64,000 bases of DNA from Utricularia gibba (lineage: Eukaryota > Plantae > Magnoliophyta), in contig NEEC01000002.1 of NCBI GenBank assembly GCA_002189035.1, forward strand, positions 1,550,001-1,614,000, read 5' to 3'. Of the stretch, positions 48,432 through 60,555 are shown piece by piece. The notes below the pieces were generated by a model, which saw only the letters and a program-made list of their open reading frames with translations, made no database searches and was not told the origin of the DNA. Both the position numbers and the translations under genes were made by a program. The first letter of the stretch is position 1. Every line of letters starts with the position of its first letter.

Positions 48432-49331
48432 GATGCAAACGATGAAACCCCCAGAAGAGGAAAAGGAACAATACCTAAATCACTGATTGCGCAGCGAAAA
48501 GCAGAAAATTTTCAGTCGAACACAAAGAACGCGCAAGATGGCCACCCCCAGATTTCAACAACAAAAAAATAACAAATCTAAATTCCGCAACTGGGCGCCC
48601 CCGGGCTTCTTACCAGTCCCACCCTTCGAAAAGAAAGCGACAATAGGGCTAGCGTCCTTTCCCTTTCCCCTTGAAGGGAAAGAAATTCTTGGACGGCGCA
48701 GACATTTTTGTTGCCCCTCTCGTGGAGAAACAAAATATAACTACGCAGCAGGGGACATTACACTTCAACGGATCTTGGTGGGGAAAGTGTAGTCTAAACG
48801 AGATTGTCCTAATGACCCACTTGTTAGGCACACGTGTCATCTGTACTGCATCTCTTGCTTCGATTGCCTTCGTCTTCCCGGTTCCAACCACCTGGTGGGT
48901 TTACGTAATATTCGATATATCCATATTTTCGCAAACAGCATCATACAGACGGAAAGCCAACAGGGAATTGTATCGATAAACTTTGTAACCAACTCCAGAA
49001 ATGCATGAAGAAGATACACTACCCGCCGGCGGGCATGAACCTCTGCAACCCACAACTGCAACTTAAAGGGAACGCGTGGCGGCATCGTCGTCGTTCTTTA
49101 CCTGAAGTCGAAATGAGGAAATTTCAGTGTCGCCCATATACGCAATTTGGTCCAAATTCAGTACAGTTCCCGGGGATTCACCCGCAGAACGACTTTAGGC
49201 GGTTACCGACAAATATTGTGCAAGACAGCCCGGATCGAAAAAAAAAAAAAAAGCCTGAAAGAGACATACGATGGGAAAGAAGGTCGACTTTTGATACTGC
49301 TCCCACGTTTTTCTTCTATGCTGCATGATCA

Positions 49332-50950
49332 TCACTTGTGCTCGTCTAGCATCATATCCTTGAGCTTTTGCAGCCAGGCCATGTATTGATCTTGTTCCTT
49401 CTTATGGAGATGGAGAAGGAGGGAGTTTGCAAAGTTCTCTTCGATTCCGCGCATAGCCAGATAGCGCCTTAACTCATCTTGCAAAGATGGGTCCAAGTCA
49501 CTGCATAAGATATGGAAGGAGAAATAAGGAAGTTGAAAAATGCCAGTAGGACGATCTTAACATTCATCTGATAAAATTTGATGACTTGGAACCCTGGCAG
49601 CGAAGCGAGTGATAACGTGTGTTTTTTCGGAAGTGAAGTGTCAAAAATACTTCATCTTGCCGATATTCTCTACAAAGCTTTTGATGCTCACCTAATATGA
49701 GTATAAAAAGCATGAAATAAGAAAATGATCTTTCAATTTGCACAGTGGGTCATGCAAGATTGCCTATATTGAGAAGCTCAAGCTGTAAAAACCATGAAGA
49801 ATAATTGTCTATGCATCTCTTAGAAAAAGGGCGTGCAGATAAGGGAAACGTGAAATAAAAGTTGAAAGCAGTCACAAAAGGGACAAATCTTTTTTTCTTG
49901 ATAAATTTAGATACATTAGGCCATACTTGAAAATGAAGAATTAGTTACCTGAAGACAGGGCCAGTGTAGGTCGAAGACCGTAAGAATGATGATGAAGGCA
50001 TGCAATTCACCTTCTGAATATCGAATGCAACCTTATCGCATCCTCTGCTGGACGCTACGCAGTCAAAAAGCAAGACAGAGCTCAAAGAAGGCTTTTTTAC
50101 GCATATTTTGAGTAATGCTTCTCTGGGGAGGCTTCCACATCCTTGGAAATCATGACCTAATAAACCTGAAACGACAACGTCCTCCCCGGATGTACATTTT
50201 TTCCTCCAAACTACATCTTCGGTCTTTGCAGAGTCCCACTCTAACATAAAATCACCAACTGTACCAGTTTTCACATCCTGCAAAAAAAAATCCATGTTAT
50301 CCAATTAATGTCGATTTGAATCGATTTCCCATTTGGAATTGGAGAATTCCATTGCAAAAACTGTTAAATTGTACTTTGAAAGTGTTCTAGGAAAAGTCTT
50401 GCGTTAAAAAATATTTAAATTTTATTAATCCACATCAACCTTTCCATCAAGTCCAACTGACTTTACCACACACGTAGGAACCACTAAAAACACGTGAGGT
50501 AATTCAGGAAGTTATCTTCTTTGCAAGACAGGACCATTCTCTTTTGACTAAGATGCGATCTTTGAAACAAAGAGGCTACTGAATTTTCATGCCTAACCTT
50601 TTCAAGCCTGTTCCTTTTCTATCTTCCAGAGTTTTCAAATCAAGAATCATATTGAAAAGCACAAAGAGCACATGGACATACAGAATTCTGCACGAAAACG
50701 CAACCCGAAAGGAAGATCTCATTAAAATAAAACACGCGCACAGCAATATCCAACAAGTTATGGGTCAAAAAAGTGTTCAAAGCATTCAATTCAACAGAAA
50801 TAGTGAACAAGATCATCTATCTATGAAGAAACGGACCTGATATCGCATAGAGGACAGTTCGTGATTGAGCTCCGATTCCAGTATCTTCAGTAAATCCAAA
50901 TCTTTGATAGCCCTTCGAGCTCTCTCCCACGCTCGCGCTACACTCGGCAT
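49332..50950 (-). CDS. Mitochondrial glycoprotein (MAM33) family protein, 3 exons
   Basis: MPSVARAW..LLKILESELNHE..|..EDVVVSGLL..LLKICVKKPSLSSVLLFDC..YTGPVF|SDLDPSLQDELRRYLAMRGI..LHLHKKEQDQYMAWL*. Confidence 0.88.
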
Positions 50951-51324
50951 AGCTCTTGCTAGGCATTCGAAGAATGCCAAAAGAAATGATACACCATCTC
51001 ACATTTGGATAAACCCTAATCGCCCTAAATCTCGCCCGTTTGTTTCCCGCTAAATTTCATCTTTCAAGGTAAATATATGATTCTTATCTAACCAAGATTT
51101 TTTATGCAAAACCATTTGCCAATGTTTGTTTTTCTTTACAGTTATTTTTTATCGTGGTAAAAGTGAAAAAAGACGAGTACAAAATAATCTATTTAAAAGG
51201 ACAGCTAATTATTATAAATGCATATTTTTTTAATTTCCACATAAAATGGAAATTAATTTAAATTTCCATTTTGGGAATGCTTTGAAACGACAAATAGCCA
51301 AATATAGATGACCATTCTGTTGAT

Positions 51325-52818
51325 CTATCTTGAAATATGTGAAATGAAAGAATCTAATTCCGTACGCGATGTTCCACCCTCCGCCGCCGCCTCGAGGACA
51401 GTGCGGCGGAGCATCGCCGCCCTCCGCCGCATCTGCTTACCTTCCTCCTCCGCCATCAACCGCCTCACCGCTGTCGCAATCTCCGAGGACGTCACAATCT
51501 TCTTCTCCCCCGGTTTCCAATCCCTGACAACTACACCGATTTTCAGCACTCCGGTCATCAACGCGGCGTTTCTCGGCTGATCGGAGTGCATTGGCCAGGC
51601 GGCGATAGGAACTCCGTTGGAGAGACTCTCCATGCAAGAGTTCCAACCACAATGGCTCATAAATCCTCCGATTGAAGGGTGGCCTAATATCTCCAGTTGA
51701 GGCGCCCAATCTCTTACGATTACCCCCCTCTCCTTGTTCCTTTCTTCGTATCCCACTTCTAGTTTCCCTGTTCCTGTTCATGGGTAGATGTCTGATCTAG
51801 TTTGAAAAAAAGGTAAAGAAAGATTCAATGTTTTTTCACCTTCATCGGAAGAATAGCCGCCGCCGTCGGGGTCTCTGAGTACCCAGACGAACTTCATTCC
51901 ACTTGCTTCTAACCCGTTTGCGAGCTCCATTATTTGATGGATTGAAAGCGACGTTGTCGTCCCGAACGAGACCAGAATTACGGAGTTTTCAGCCTGTTTA
52001 TCTAACCACTTCAAGCATTTGTGGCGCGATGATTCGTCGGAATTTGCGATGATGGTCACCGGATTAAACGGCCCAAGAGCCCATTGCTTCTGGTCTCCGA
52101 CGATCTCCGGCTTTTCCAACAGCTGAATGAATTTGTTTTCGATCACTCTCCCTGTATTGTAAATCCGCCCTGAACTGAACGCGATGAAATCGTATTGACT
52201 CCTGATCAGTTGGATGAACTCCGGCGAGAAGCAGCCGTCGAGGGAAGATAGATTTTCCATAATTTCCTGATCGACGGTGAAAGGCCTACCGGCTTTTTCC
52301 CACAGAAAGAAGAACATGGTGTAAGCAGAAACACTGTGAAAGGTGTAAGCTTCAGCATTTACAAACCCAACAAAGTCCTGAACCACGGACCCCATCAGAG
52401 AATCGTTGATAACGATAACTCGTCGTTTATCGGCACAGAGATCGCGCAGAAGCTGCGCGAACGCCGGCCGGAGAGAGGAGCAAGCTTTCAGAAGATGATG
52501 AAGTTGCGGGGGGGAGGCGTTCCGATCCACCCCCCTGTTTTCAGGAAGGGTCAGTTGGGGTAAATCATGAAACACGATGTTGGAAGTGGACAGGGGATCC
52601 CAGCCGTGGATACGCCGCCTGGCGCGGCGGTTGTGGGATGCAGTGCAGGCGAAGTGAACGGTGACCCCCCTAACGGCCAGCAGACGGGAGAGGTGGAGGA
52701 GCTGGTTCAGGTGGCCGTGGAGGGGAAACGGCGCCATCAGCACCGCGACTTCCCGCCGGTAGTCGAAGCCTAATGAACCCATTTGCTGCTGTCTGGAAGA
52801 CGAACTCCCCAACGCCAT
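51325..52818 (-). CDS. UDP-glycosyltransferase, zeatin O-glucosyltransferase-like (group O), with one short intron
   Basis: FPLHGHLNQLLHLSRL at the N-terminus. PSPG box WAPQLEILGHPSIGGFMSHCGWNSCMESLSNGVPIAAWPMHSDQ. The two ORFs join through a phase-1 GT-AG intron 51839-51774 (66 nt), or 51839-51768 (72 nt). Confidence 0.92.
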
Positions 52819-54003
52819 GAGAGTGGTTATAAACACCACGCTGCCGGAAGAATGAGTAGGACAACAAGCAAATTAATCAGATTAATTTATTTTATTTTTA
52901 AAAAAATATATTCTTAAAGACACCCAAATCTCATTCATACACACCAACACACATCTCATAAATAGATTCTTAAATCAAAACTGAATATTAAAAAAATATT
53001 TTAATAGGGAATCATGAATAGGAATAGATATATTTAATTGATTAATTGTAAATAAGATGTAAAATATTTTATTTATATCAAATAAAAAAGTGGCTGGAAA
53101 GTACGAATGTTGAATGAGTTGAAGGATGTATAAATCCCACATATTATTATAAAATTGAAAAGATTTCAATTTCAATACTTTATTATGATTTTAATATACT
53201 TAGTTCACATTTAGTATCAAGTGGGAACACTCCTTACTCAGTCGCGATTCATTTTGGAACATAACCTTCCATTTGTTCCCATTCAAAGGGCTTGGATTTT
53301 AGTCATTGAGTGACGTTCTACTAACCCCACAAACTGAGAGTTAAAAAAATGTACCGCGGGGGCAAACTATAGATGTTGAAATTAAGGATTCGAAGGAGTA
53401 AGTATTTGAAGTGGAAGTACATAATAAACATCAATTATATATAAAATACGAATTATTTTAAAACACAACCATTCTAACATTATATCTTACATACTATGAT
53501 TAATTTGTTACATATACGATAACCGTTTTAACTCACACACTTAATAGTCGATTAGATCTGAATGATTAATAGTAATTCATAATATCTTGATCATTTTACT
53601 TTAATTTCACCCCGATGTTAGATTGTTTGATGATAAAGGAGAGTAGGAGGCGAAGAGGGAGTTTTCCTCTTGCATCTCCAAAAATAGGCTGACATGTGCA
53701 AGCAATATGGACGCCAAGAGGCGAGACATCAGCACTTCCGTGCTGGATTTCTGCGCTTCTGCTGTCTGGGCAAACAGGCTCAGCGATGGCTTTAACAGGC
53801 AGCGCGAGTAGGTCTCAGAAAATGGGGTTTATGAACTAACCAAAACAATGTTTCCCAGATCAGGAAATGGTAAAGCAATGAAGATTCTTTCTGGGAATCA
53901 ATCAGTCTCATTGTTCGTGACCTAACCTAACCTGGGGAGGGAATATGTTAATGAAGTCGGCATGGCATGCAGTTGCACATAAAAAAAAATCCAATTTTTA
54001 AAC

Positions 54004-54100
54004 CACGTGCAATGAGAAGCTGGCAAAAGGGTGTTTGTTCATGGCTGCGCTTTGAATCATGACACGTGACGTTCATCGTCAAAGAAGCACGTGCGCCAAT
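54004..54100. promoter_or_regulatory. Three G-boxes (CACGTG) plus CCAAT within 100 bp
   Basis: CACGTG at 54004, 54063 and 54088; TGACGT at 54067; CCAAT at 54096. Lies about 1.2 kb upstream of the UGT start. Function is inferred. Confidence 0.5.
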
Positions 54101-54315
54101 GGGGGGATCTGGTGGGCCATCATGTTTGTCAACAATTATTGACTACCATTTTTAAATTAGAAGTAGGTTTGGGCCGACAAACACTCTCTTCACCACCATT
54201 TAAGTAACGGGAATTGGATGAGTAAATATTTTTTTCAGAGTGAAAAAATTAAAAATATCTAATTTTGATTACAAAGCTTAAATGATAATTAATTATCTAA
54301 AATCACAGAATATAT

Positions 54316-54441
54316 AAATATGACGTCATCAATCAGAAAATTTTTATTACGTAAATTTTTTCTTTGCTTCGTATTTAAAAGATGTGGGGTGGGGGTTACC
54401 TCAGCCCTCGACTTCAAATATGACGTCATCACTCAGAAAAT
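54316..54441. repeat. 26-bp direct repeat containing a TGACGTCA palindrome, copies exactly 100 bp apart
   Basis: AAATATGACGTCATCA(A/C)TCAGAAAAT at 54316-54341 and 54416-54441, one mismatch. Confidence 0.85.
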
Positions 54442-54911
54442 GGTCTCCGTTGAAAACGTGGGCGGATGGGATTATTTTATTTATTTTTTAAAAAAAATAA
54501 AGTTTTACCGACATCAGACAAGCCGACGACAAGACACGTCAGTACCAGTCAGTTATTCGAAGAATCTGGTGGAGTGGAGCAACACCCACATTTTGAAAAG
54601 AAACCCTAATTATGACTTGTCGTAATCCCCAATTGGATTTTTTTAATTTACCATTTTTGATATAATAATGAAGGTTTTTTTATATAAAAAATAATCCCAT
54701 CATCATGCACAAGTAATTTTTATTTCAAAGAAATATAAATTTTCAAAAAGTATTTTTGCAGGAGTAGAACCAATCTGGATGGCATGAAATATGAATGAAG
54801 ATAAAGAAAGTTAAGTGCTTTATTCTTCACCTTAGAGAAAAATTGCAGTGTTAATGGCTGAGATGCAGTAACTCTGTGAAAAGGGGCAGATGGGAGGAGA
54901 TGCAATGCATT

Positions 54912-56315
54912 CTAAGGGCTGCTGAGGTTCATGATGTCTTGTTCCTGTGCATACCAGTTTGGCACGATCTTCCCCAGGTGGGGGTACAAGTCCTTGTAAG
55001 AATTGCGTATCGTTCCCTCGGCGACGCCCGTCGCCATTGCGATGTCTGTGGCATGAAGAAGCAGAAAATCTCAGCACAGGGAGGTTATCGTAAGCGGATG
55101 AGATGAAGAATGGCGTACCCTTGAGGGCCTTTTTATCATCTGAAAGCTGTGTGACAATGTAGATGATCGCAGCTGCGATGGAAATGGGGCTTCTCCTGAT
55201 GTCGAATTCCTCAGCTTTTTGGACTGCTTCCTGAGCTGCTTTCACTGTTTGGTTAGCCATCCCGAGGTTTGAGCAAAAGCGTCTCTGTAGAGGGGGGTTT
55301 GTCAGTTCCATAGGCGTTCATGGGGAGAAGTAACTCACTCACCATGAAGTCACCGGCGTGTATGGTCCCGATCTCTACGGACTGGCCGTTTTCAAGCTCT
55401 AGTTGTTTCTTGATGTACTCCTTGGCTCTCCCGATCTCCTTTTTTGTTGCTCCGTTGGCTACGGCGCATATCTCTGGTTCAATTCCATGATTCAGCAAGA
55501 GAGGAACGGTTGAGCTCCTCTAAAAGGTATACAGACTGTTATACAGACATACCCTTCACAGTTCTCGGCTTGTCTTCTTGACGGCAAGCTATGTACAAGC
55601 AAGCAGCCATTATGGCGTCCTGGTTTCTTCCTCGGCTCGACTTCTGCTCCTCTACTTTCTTGTAGATCTCATTAGCTCGATCCTGTTGGGTGCATCATGC
55701 CAGGACAGGGCACTTCAGAATGACAGAAGGATTGATGCCAATGGGAAACAATTGAATTTACCTTTATAGTTGCAACAAGACCCAACCTGAAAGAGAATTC
55801 TGTACATCAGATTCGATTTGGTTTCAATCCAGAAAATACTCACATTTAGCTGTAAGTGAAAAGAACAACTACCAGATACCCATTTCCCTGAATCCAAATT
55901 CTAAGCCTGAATCGGAAAAACGCACAATCATGTAAATTCCGAGGATTGGTTCGGACAGTCACCTATCAGACATGGACGCGATGCTTCTGAAAGCCACAAT
56001 TAGGGATCGATCGAGGTTGGAGGTGCGGTCCTGCCATCTTCCGAGGGACACGGTCAAGAAATCGCTAGTGGTTCCATTAGGTTTGGAAATGACGGTGGAG
56101 AGGCCGCCGTCGGTGAGAAGAGGATTCGACGGCCTGCCAACTCTTGCCGGATCGTTATCCCCTGTCTCATCGGCGAATGTTCTCCACTCGGAGGTCTCGT
56201 CGATTGAATGGGACTCCAAAACGAGTCCGCATTCGGAGCAGACGGTGTCGCCGGCGGAGTGGTCGAACACCACATCCGTGGTCCGATTGCAGTCGTTGCA
56301 GAAACTGTCACCCAT
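54912..56315 (-). CDS. TFIIB: Transcription initiation factor IIB, 6 exons
   Basis: Zn ribbon [22 protein letters not shown]-reader [16 protein letters not shown]|[63 protein letters not shown]. All introns GT-AG and in phase. Confidence 0.96.
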
Positions 56316-57365
56316 TGATTGAAACGGCGCTCGCCGGATCTCCTTCGAGGAGGGGCAGGAGCTCATGGAACGCGAATCGGCGACGGAGTGGGAGAAACTA
56401 GGGGAGGATCTGGTAGAGTTGTCATGGGGAAACCATGAGTAACGGCTCCCGCGTTCTTTATATACCGTACGTGAGCGAACATGCAAAAATAATGGGTTTC
56501 CCAAATCGCCCTTTCCATTTATATTTCATTATTTTACAAATTTTATGTTATATTTACACGAATAAAAAGTGTTATTAATACCATCAAATTATTGTAAGAA
56601 CCACTTATGGTAAGAAATCAGACACCAATCCACAATTCTTACAAACAACAGTTTGAGACTTAGGACAATAGTATTATGGTGATATTTAACCCAAATTCAA
56701 AGATGCCATAACTTAATTAAATCATTAATTTGTGAATGACCATTCTACCTGACACCATTGAACATGAAAAAATGATGAGGATAAAAGCAATAAATAACCA
56801 ATTTTCATACATAGAACAGGAGTTGAGAGCATGGAGGGCATTGATCCAATCTCAACAGGAATGGATTGAGTTATCCAGAATCCGCATCTCTTGCACATGG
56901 GCGGCATTCATTCTTCCTCTACTCTGCTCTGTTGGAAGAATGGGATGTTGAACCAAAGCAGGGGGACTTGAAGGGACTGATGAGCAGTTTCTGCAAGTGA
57001 AAATCCGTTGGCTGCAAGGAGCTTGAAGAGCATGATGGAACTCAGGTGGTGGAGATGGCTCTAAGAAGAAGAGAGCGTTTGGTACATGGAGAGAATGAAT
57101 TCCGATCGGATGGGAGCACTCGCAAGCTCCTTGAAGCAATATGATGCCTCTATCTGCATTATGGATGCAGATAAGCCTTGAGAAATAGTTGATGACCAAA
57201 TCTCTTAGGCCTGGATCATCAGAAATAATTAATTCTGGGACCATTCTACTGTTCATCCAACATCCGAAGGCATACGCTTGGGAGATTTCCACATGTCCCT
57301 CTGTTGCTCTTTCGTTTGAGGTGGAAATACCATGGGACACATTCCAAGAGCTCTTCCGTGTTTTA

Positions 57366-59486
57366 TTATGAGAAACCATGTTCCTCGAGTGTGATGACTT
57401 CTTCTGACGAAGCTATGAGCTCCAAAAGGTGTTGTATACCTGCATACTGTGGATGAGATTTATCACCTGAAACAAATGAACAAATTTGATTCTTCATTTT
57501 TATCCAAGACCATCCGGGTTCCTTCATAACGCCCCTTGATTTCAGCATCTTCCTCACATATGCTGCTTCACTCCATTTCCCACGAGAAGCATAAATGTTA
57601 GCTAGTGTAATAAGGGTTCCTGCACAGTCAGGAACCAGCCGAAGGATATGCTTGGCTGCCTTTCCTCCATACTCAACGTTACCCTTCTCTCTACTGGCTG
57701 TCAATAAACTCGTCCAAACAACATCATCTGGTTCAAATGGCATGCTTTTTATCATATCCTCAGCTTCACGTAATCGTCCAGCACGGCAAAGGAGATCAAT
57801 CATGCAACCAAAGTGTTCTTTTGAAGGGGTAATCCTGAACTGGTTAGTCATTGAGTTGAAATAGTGAAAACCAAGATCAACAAGTCCCGCATGGCTGCAT
57901 GCGCTAAGAACACCAATAAAAGTGACCGAGTCCGGTTTCAAACCTGCATGAGAAATTTTCTCAAACAAGTTGATAGCTTCATGGCTGTGCCCATGTTCAG
58001 CATATCCACTAATCATCGCTGTCCATGACACAATATCATCATTTTCTGATGCAGAAAAAATCTTGGCTGCCTCTGCTATGCTCCCACATTTGGAGTACAT
58101 ATTGATTAAGGCACTCTGGGTCATCGCCGTTTGATCCAAACCAATGGTTAAAGCATATGCATGAAGTTGTCGCCCTTGATCAAGATTGGCCATACTTCCA
58201 CAGACGCTGATCACACTTGAAAGCGCATATTCAGATGGTCTTGGACCCTCGCTCCTCATCCTTGCTAGAAGCTCAAAGGCTTCCTCTCCATAACTACATT
58301 GGCAATAACCTGAAATCAACGTACTCCAGGAAATGATGTCTCTGGTTGACATCACATTAAAAATATCTCGGGCAGAATCACATTGCTCACATTTAAAATA
58401 CATTGTCATAAGTGAATTCGCCACAGATAATGATTTCAGGAAACCTACCTTCAGAGCATGTCCATGCATCTGATGACCCCAATCAAGTCTTGCTAAATTC
58501 GAAATGCCAGAAATAACTATCGCATAAGTGTACTCATTAGGGCTAATCCCATCCTCCCTCATCTTTACAAATGAGCTAATTCCTTGTTGATCCTGGCCTG
58601 CCTGAACGTAAGTAGTTATCAAGGATGTCCATGAAACAACATCTGGTTTAGCCATATTTCCAAACAGGCTCAAACCATGATTTAGTTTTCCACACTTGTT
58701 GTACATGGCTGAAAGGCTGTTAACCACATATGAGGTAGCATCCACACCTTTTTTTATTGTCCGAGCATGGATTTCTTTCCCATGATTCAGGAACTCTAAA
58801 TCTGCGCATGCCTTTAAAGCAATGGCAAATGTGTATGCATCGTGTTCAACCCCATTCAACCACATTTTAGAGAAGTAGGAGAGTGCTTGATAACTAAGAC
58901 CACTGCGAACAAGCCCTGTGATGATAGCTGTCCAAGACACTACATTCCTCAATGGCATATCATCAAAGCATCTAGATCCCTCGAAAACTCTGCCATTTTT
59001 CATATACATGTCTAGCATTGCACTCCCAACAAACACAGAGTTGAAAAACCCGGATTTCACACAGAAGCAGTGAAGCATTTCCCCACTATTGATATCAACA
59101 CTCAAAGCACATGCCTTCAGAGCAAGGCTTAGTACGAAGGGGTCCATAGGCGTATCAGAAGCAAAACGCATTCTTGAAAACAAAGATAAAGCTTCAACTG
59201 AATCAGAAGAATTCACATAGGCGGAAATCATTGTCGTCCAAGATATTTCATCTTTGTTAGGCAATGCATCGAACATGTGGCGAGCATCTGCCAATTCGCC
59301 ATTCTTTACAAGGCTTTTGAGTTTCATGTTAAGTTCCACCATGTTCATTTGGGCAGATGCATGCTGATTACGGAAACACCCCATCTGTCTTTCTTCCACC
59401 GGAAAAAAATTAATGAAGTCCCCATAACCAGGCCTTGATTTCGCAAACAGCCCCGTGGGACGAAAACGCCTGAGTAATAACACCAT
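57366..59486 (-). CDS. PLS-class PPR protein with E domain (no DYW), intronless, 706 aa
   Basis: Repeated VSWT.MI / A..LF..M motifs, HFGCMIDLLCRAGRL, and E-domain ITLANIYASRGKW..GVMKEPGWSWI. Likely an organellar RNA-editing factor. Confidence 0.95.
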   Translation of the reverse strand: MVLLLRRFRPTGLFAKSRPGYGDFINFFPVEERQMGCFRNQHASAQMNMVELNMKLKSLVKNGELADARHMFDALPNKDEISWTTMISAYVNSSDSVEALSLFSRMRFASDTPMDPFVLSLALKACALSVDINSGEMLHCFCVKSGFFNSVFVGSAMLDMYMKNGRVFEGSRCFDDMPLRNVVSWTAIITGLVRSGLSYQALSYFSKMWLNGVEHDAYTFAIALKACADLEFLNHGKEIHARTIKKGVDATSYVVNSLSAMYNKCGKLNHGLSLFGNMAKPDVVSWTSLITTYVQAGQDQQGISSFVKMREDGISPNEYTYAIVISGISNLARLDWGHQMHGHALKVGFLKSLSVANSLMTMYFKCEQCDSARDIFNVMSTRDIISWSTLISGYCQCSYGEEAFELLARMRSEGPRPSEYALSSVISVCGSMANLDQGRQLHAYALTIGLDQTAMTQSALINMYSKCGSIAEAAKIFSASENDDIVSWTAMISGYAEHGHSHEAINLFEKISHAGLKPDSVTFIGVLSACSHAGLVDLGFHYFNSMTNQFRITPSKEHFGCMIDLLCRAGRLREAEDMIKSMPFEPDDVVWTSLLTASREKGNVEYGGKAAKHILRLVPDCAGTLITLANIYASRGKWSEAAYVRKMLKSRGVMKEPGWSWIKMKNQICSFVSGDKSHPQYAGIQHLLELIASSEEVITLEEHGFS

Positions 59487-59863
59487 ACCAAAAGCACCAG
59501 ATTAACAGAACCTCCTGAGCTGCAAATGGCAAGTGCACTCATCCTTCCAGAGAAATCATCCAAAAGTTTCGAATACTGTGAAAACAGCGTCTAATACAAA
59601 ACCTTTTCTCCTCCAAATCACTCGTCAAGAGCCAGAAACTGTGTCTAATCCTCACTTACACCGGCACCGGCACTCACAGAAATCATGCATCCAGACAGCT
59701 TCAGCGTAACCCTGCCATGTTTTCAACAGGGGAAACCAGGGTTTTGACAGAGAGCAGCATAACAATGCATTCACTGAAGAGAATGGCCGGTCCAACCCGG
59801 CCCGCTGAGTATAACCCAAAAACATCAAACATTGTTTTAATATAAAAAGATAGATGCGTGGCC

Positions 59864-59923
59864 TGGGCCTTGCGACGAAGCCCTAAGCCCATATTTGATG
59901 GGCTGAATTCAAATTATTGGGCA
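59864..59923. promoter_or_regulatory. Site II (TGGGCY) element cluster upstream of the PPR gene
   Basis: TGGGCC at 59864, AGCCCA at 59886, TGGGCT at 59899, plus TGGGCA at 59918. Typical of promoters of nuclear genes for organellar or translation functions. Confidence 0.5.
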
Positions 59924-60555
59924 CACCTGCGGCTGTCCTTCGACGTCCCCAGAGACTAGCAAGGTAATCGGAACGCTGTTGGGGCAATGGGATCGGAGAT
60001 CTCATCCGGTTATGTTCATCGAGGTGGCCTTGGTGAGGAGGACTCACCTGTGCGGGCATCGGGTAAAAAACAGGCGAGGCCGTGATTGGAGTTTAATAGT
60101 TGTGCATGGGTGATTCCGGTGATCCAGAAGCGTGGCTGGGAGCCGTCGCTCGGAGGCTTCGTACAGCTCAAACCCAGAAGGGAAGAATCGGACCCGCAGT
60201 TAAGAACAATTTAAGTTGCAGAGGATTCTGTACTTTCTACACTTGGGGGCATGATTGCAGCAACAATGTTCATTGAAGTTAAAAAAGACCAAGAGGACAT
60301 CTCTGCAGCAACTCATCATGTACATTTTGATAGATAAGGCTAAATATAATGAGCCAAAGGAATCATTCCTGTCCTCATGGGATAACTTTGGGATGAACTC
60401 AGAACACAGGGACAATGAACTTTGCAGCTTTGATGCAACCAATATGGAATTAAACTATGGAGGTTCACATTTCTTGGGCCTTGCACTACTACAACAGGTG
60501 TTGTACCATCATCACATTAATAGTGAGTTATGATGATGTTTAGGTGTATTGTACC

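Noticed and set aside
48640-49330. Several 80-107 aa ORFs and splice-like sites between the uncharacterised gene and MAM33
   Set aside because: No family similarity; compatible with promoter and 5' UTR sequence.
56852-57379. 175-aa - strand ORF overlapping the PPR stop, and an 11-bp inverted repeat (57015-57025 / 57123-57133) resembling miR159*
   Set aside because: The ORF has no recognisable domain and lies in the probable 3' UTR. The arms are in the opposite order to MIR159/319 and no mature sequence is present.
59940-60200. GC-rich patch with a short ORF faintly like a LINE ORF1 start
   Set aside because: Too short; no downstream LINE domains.
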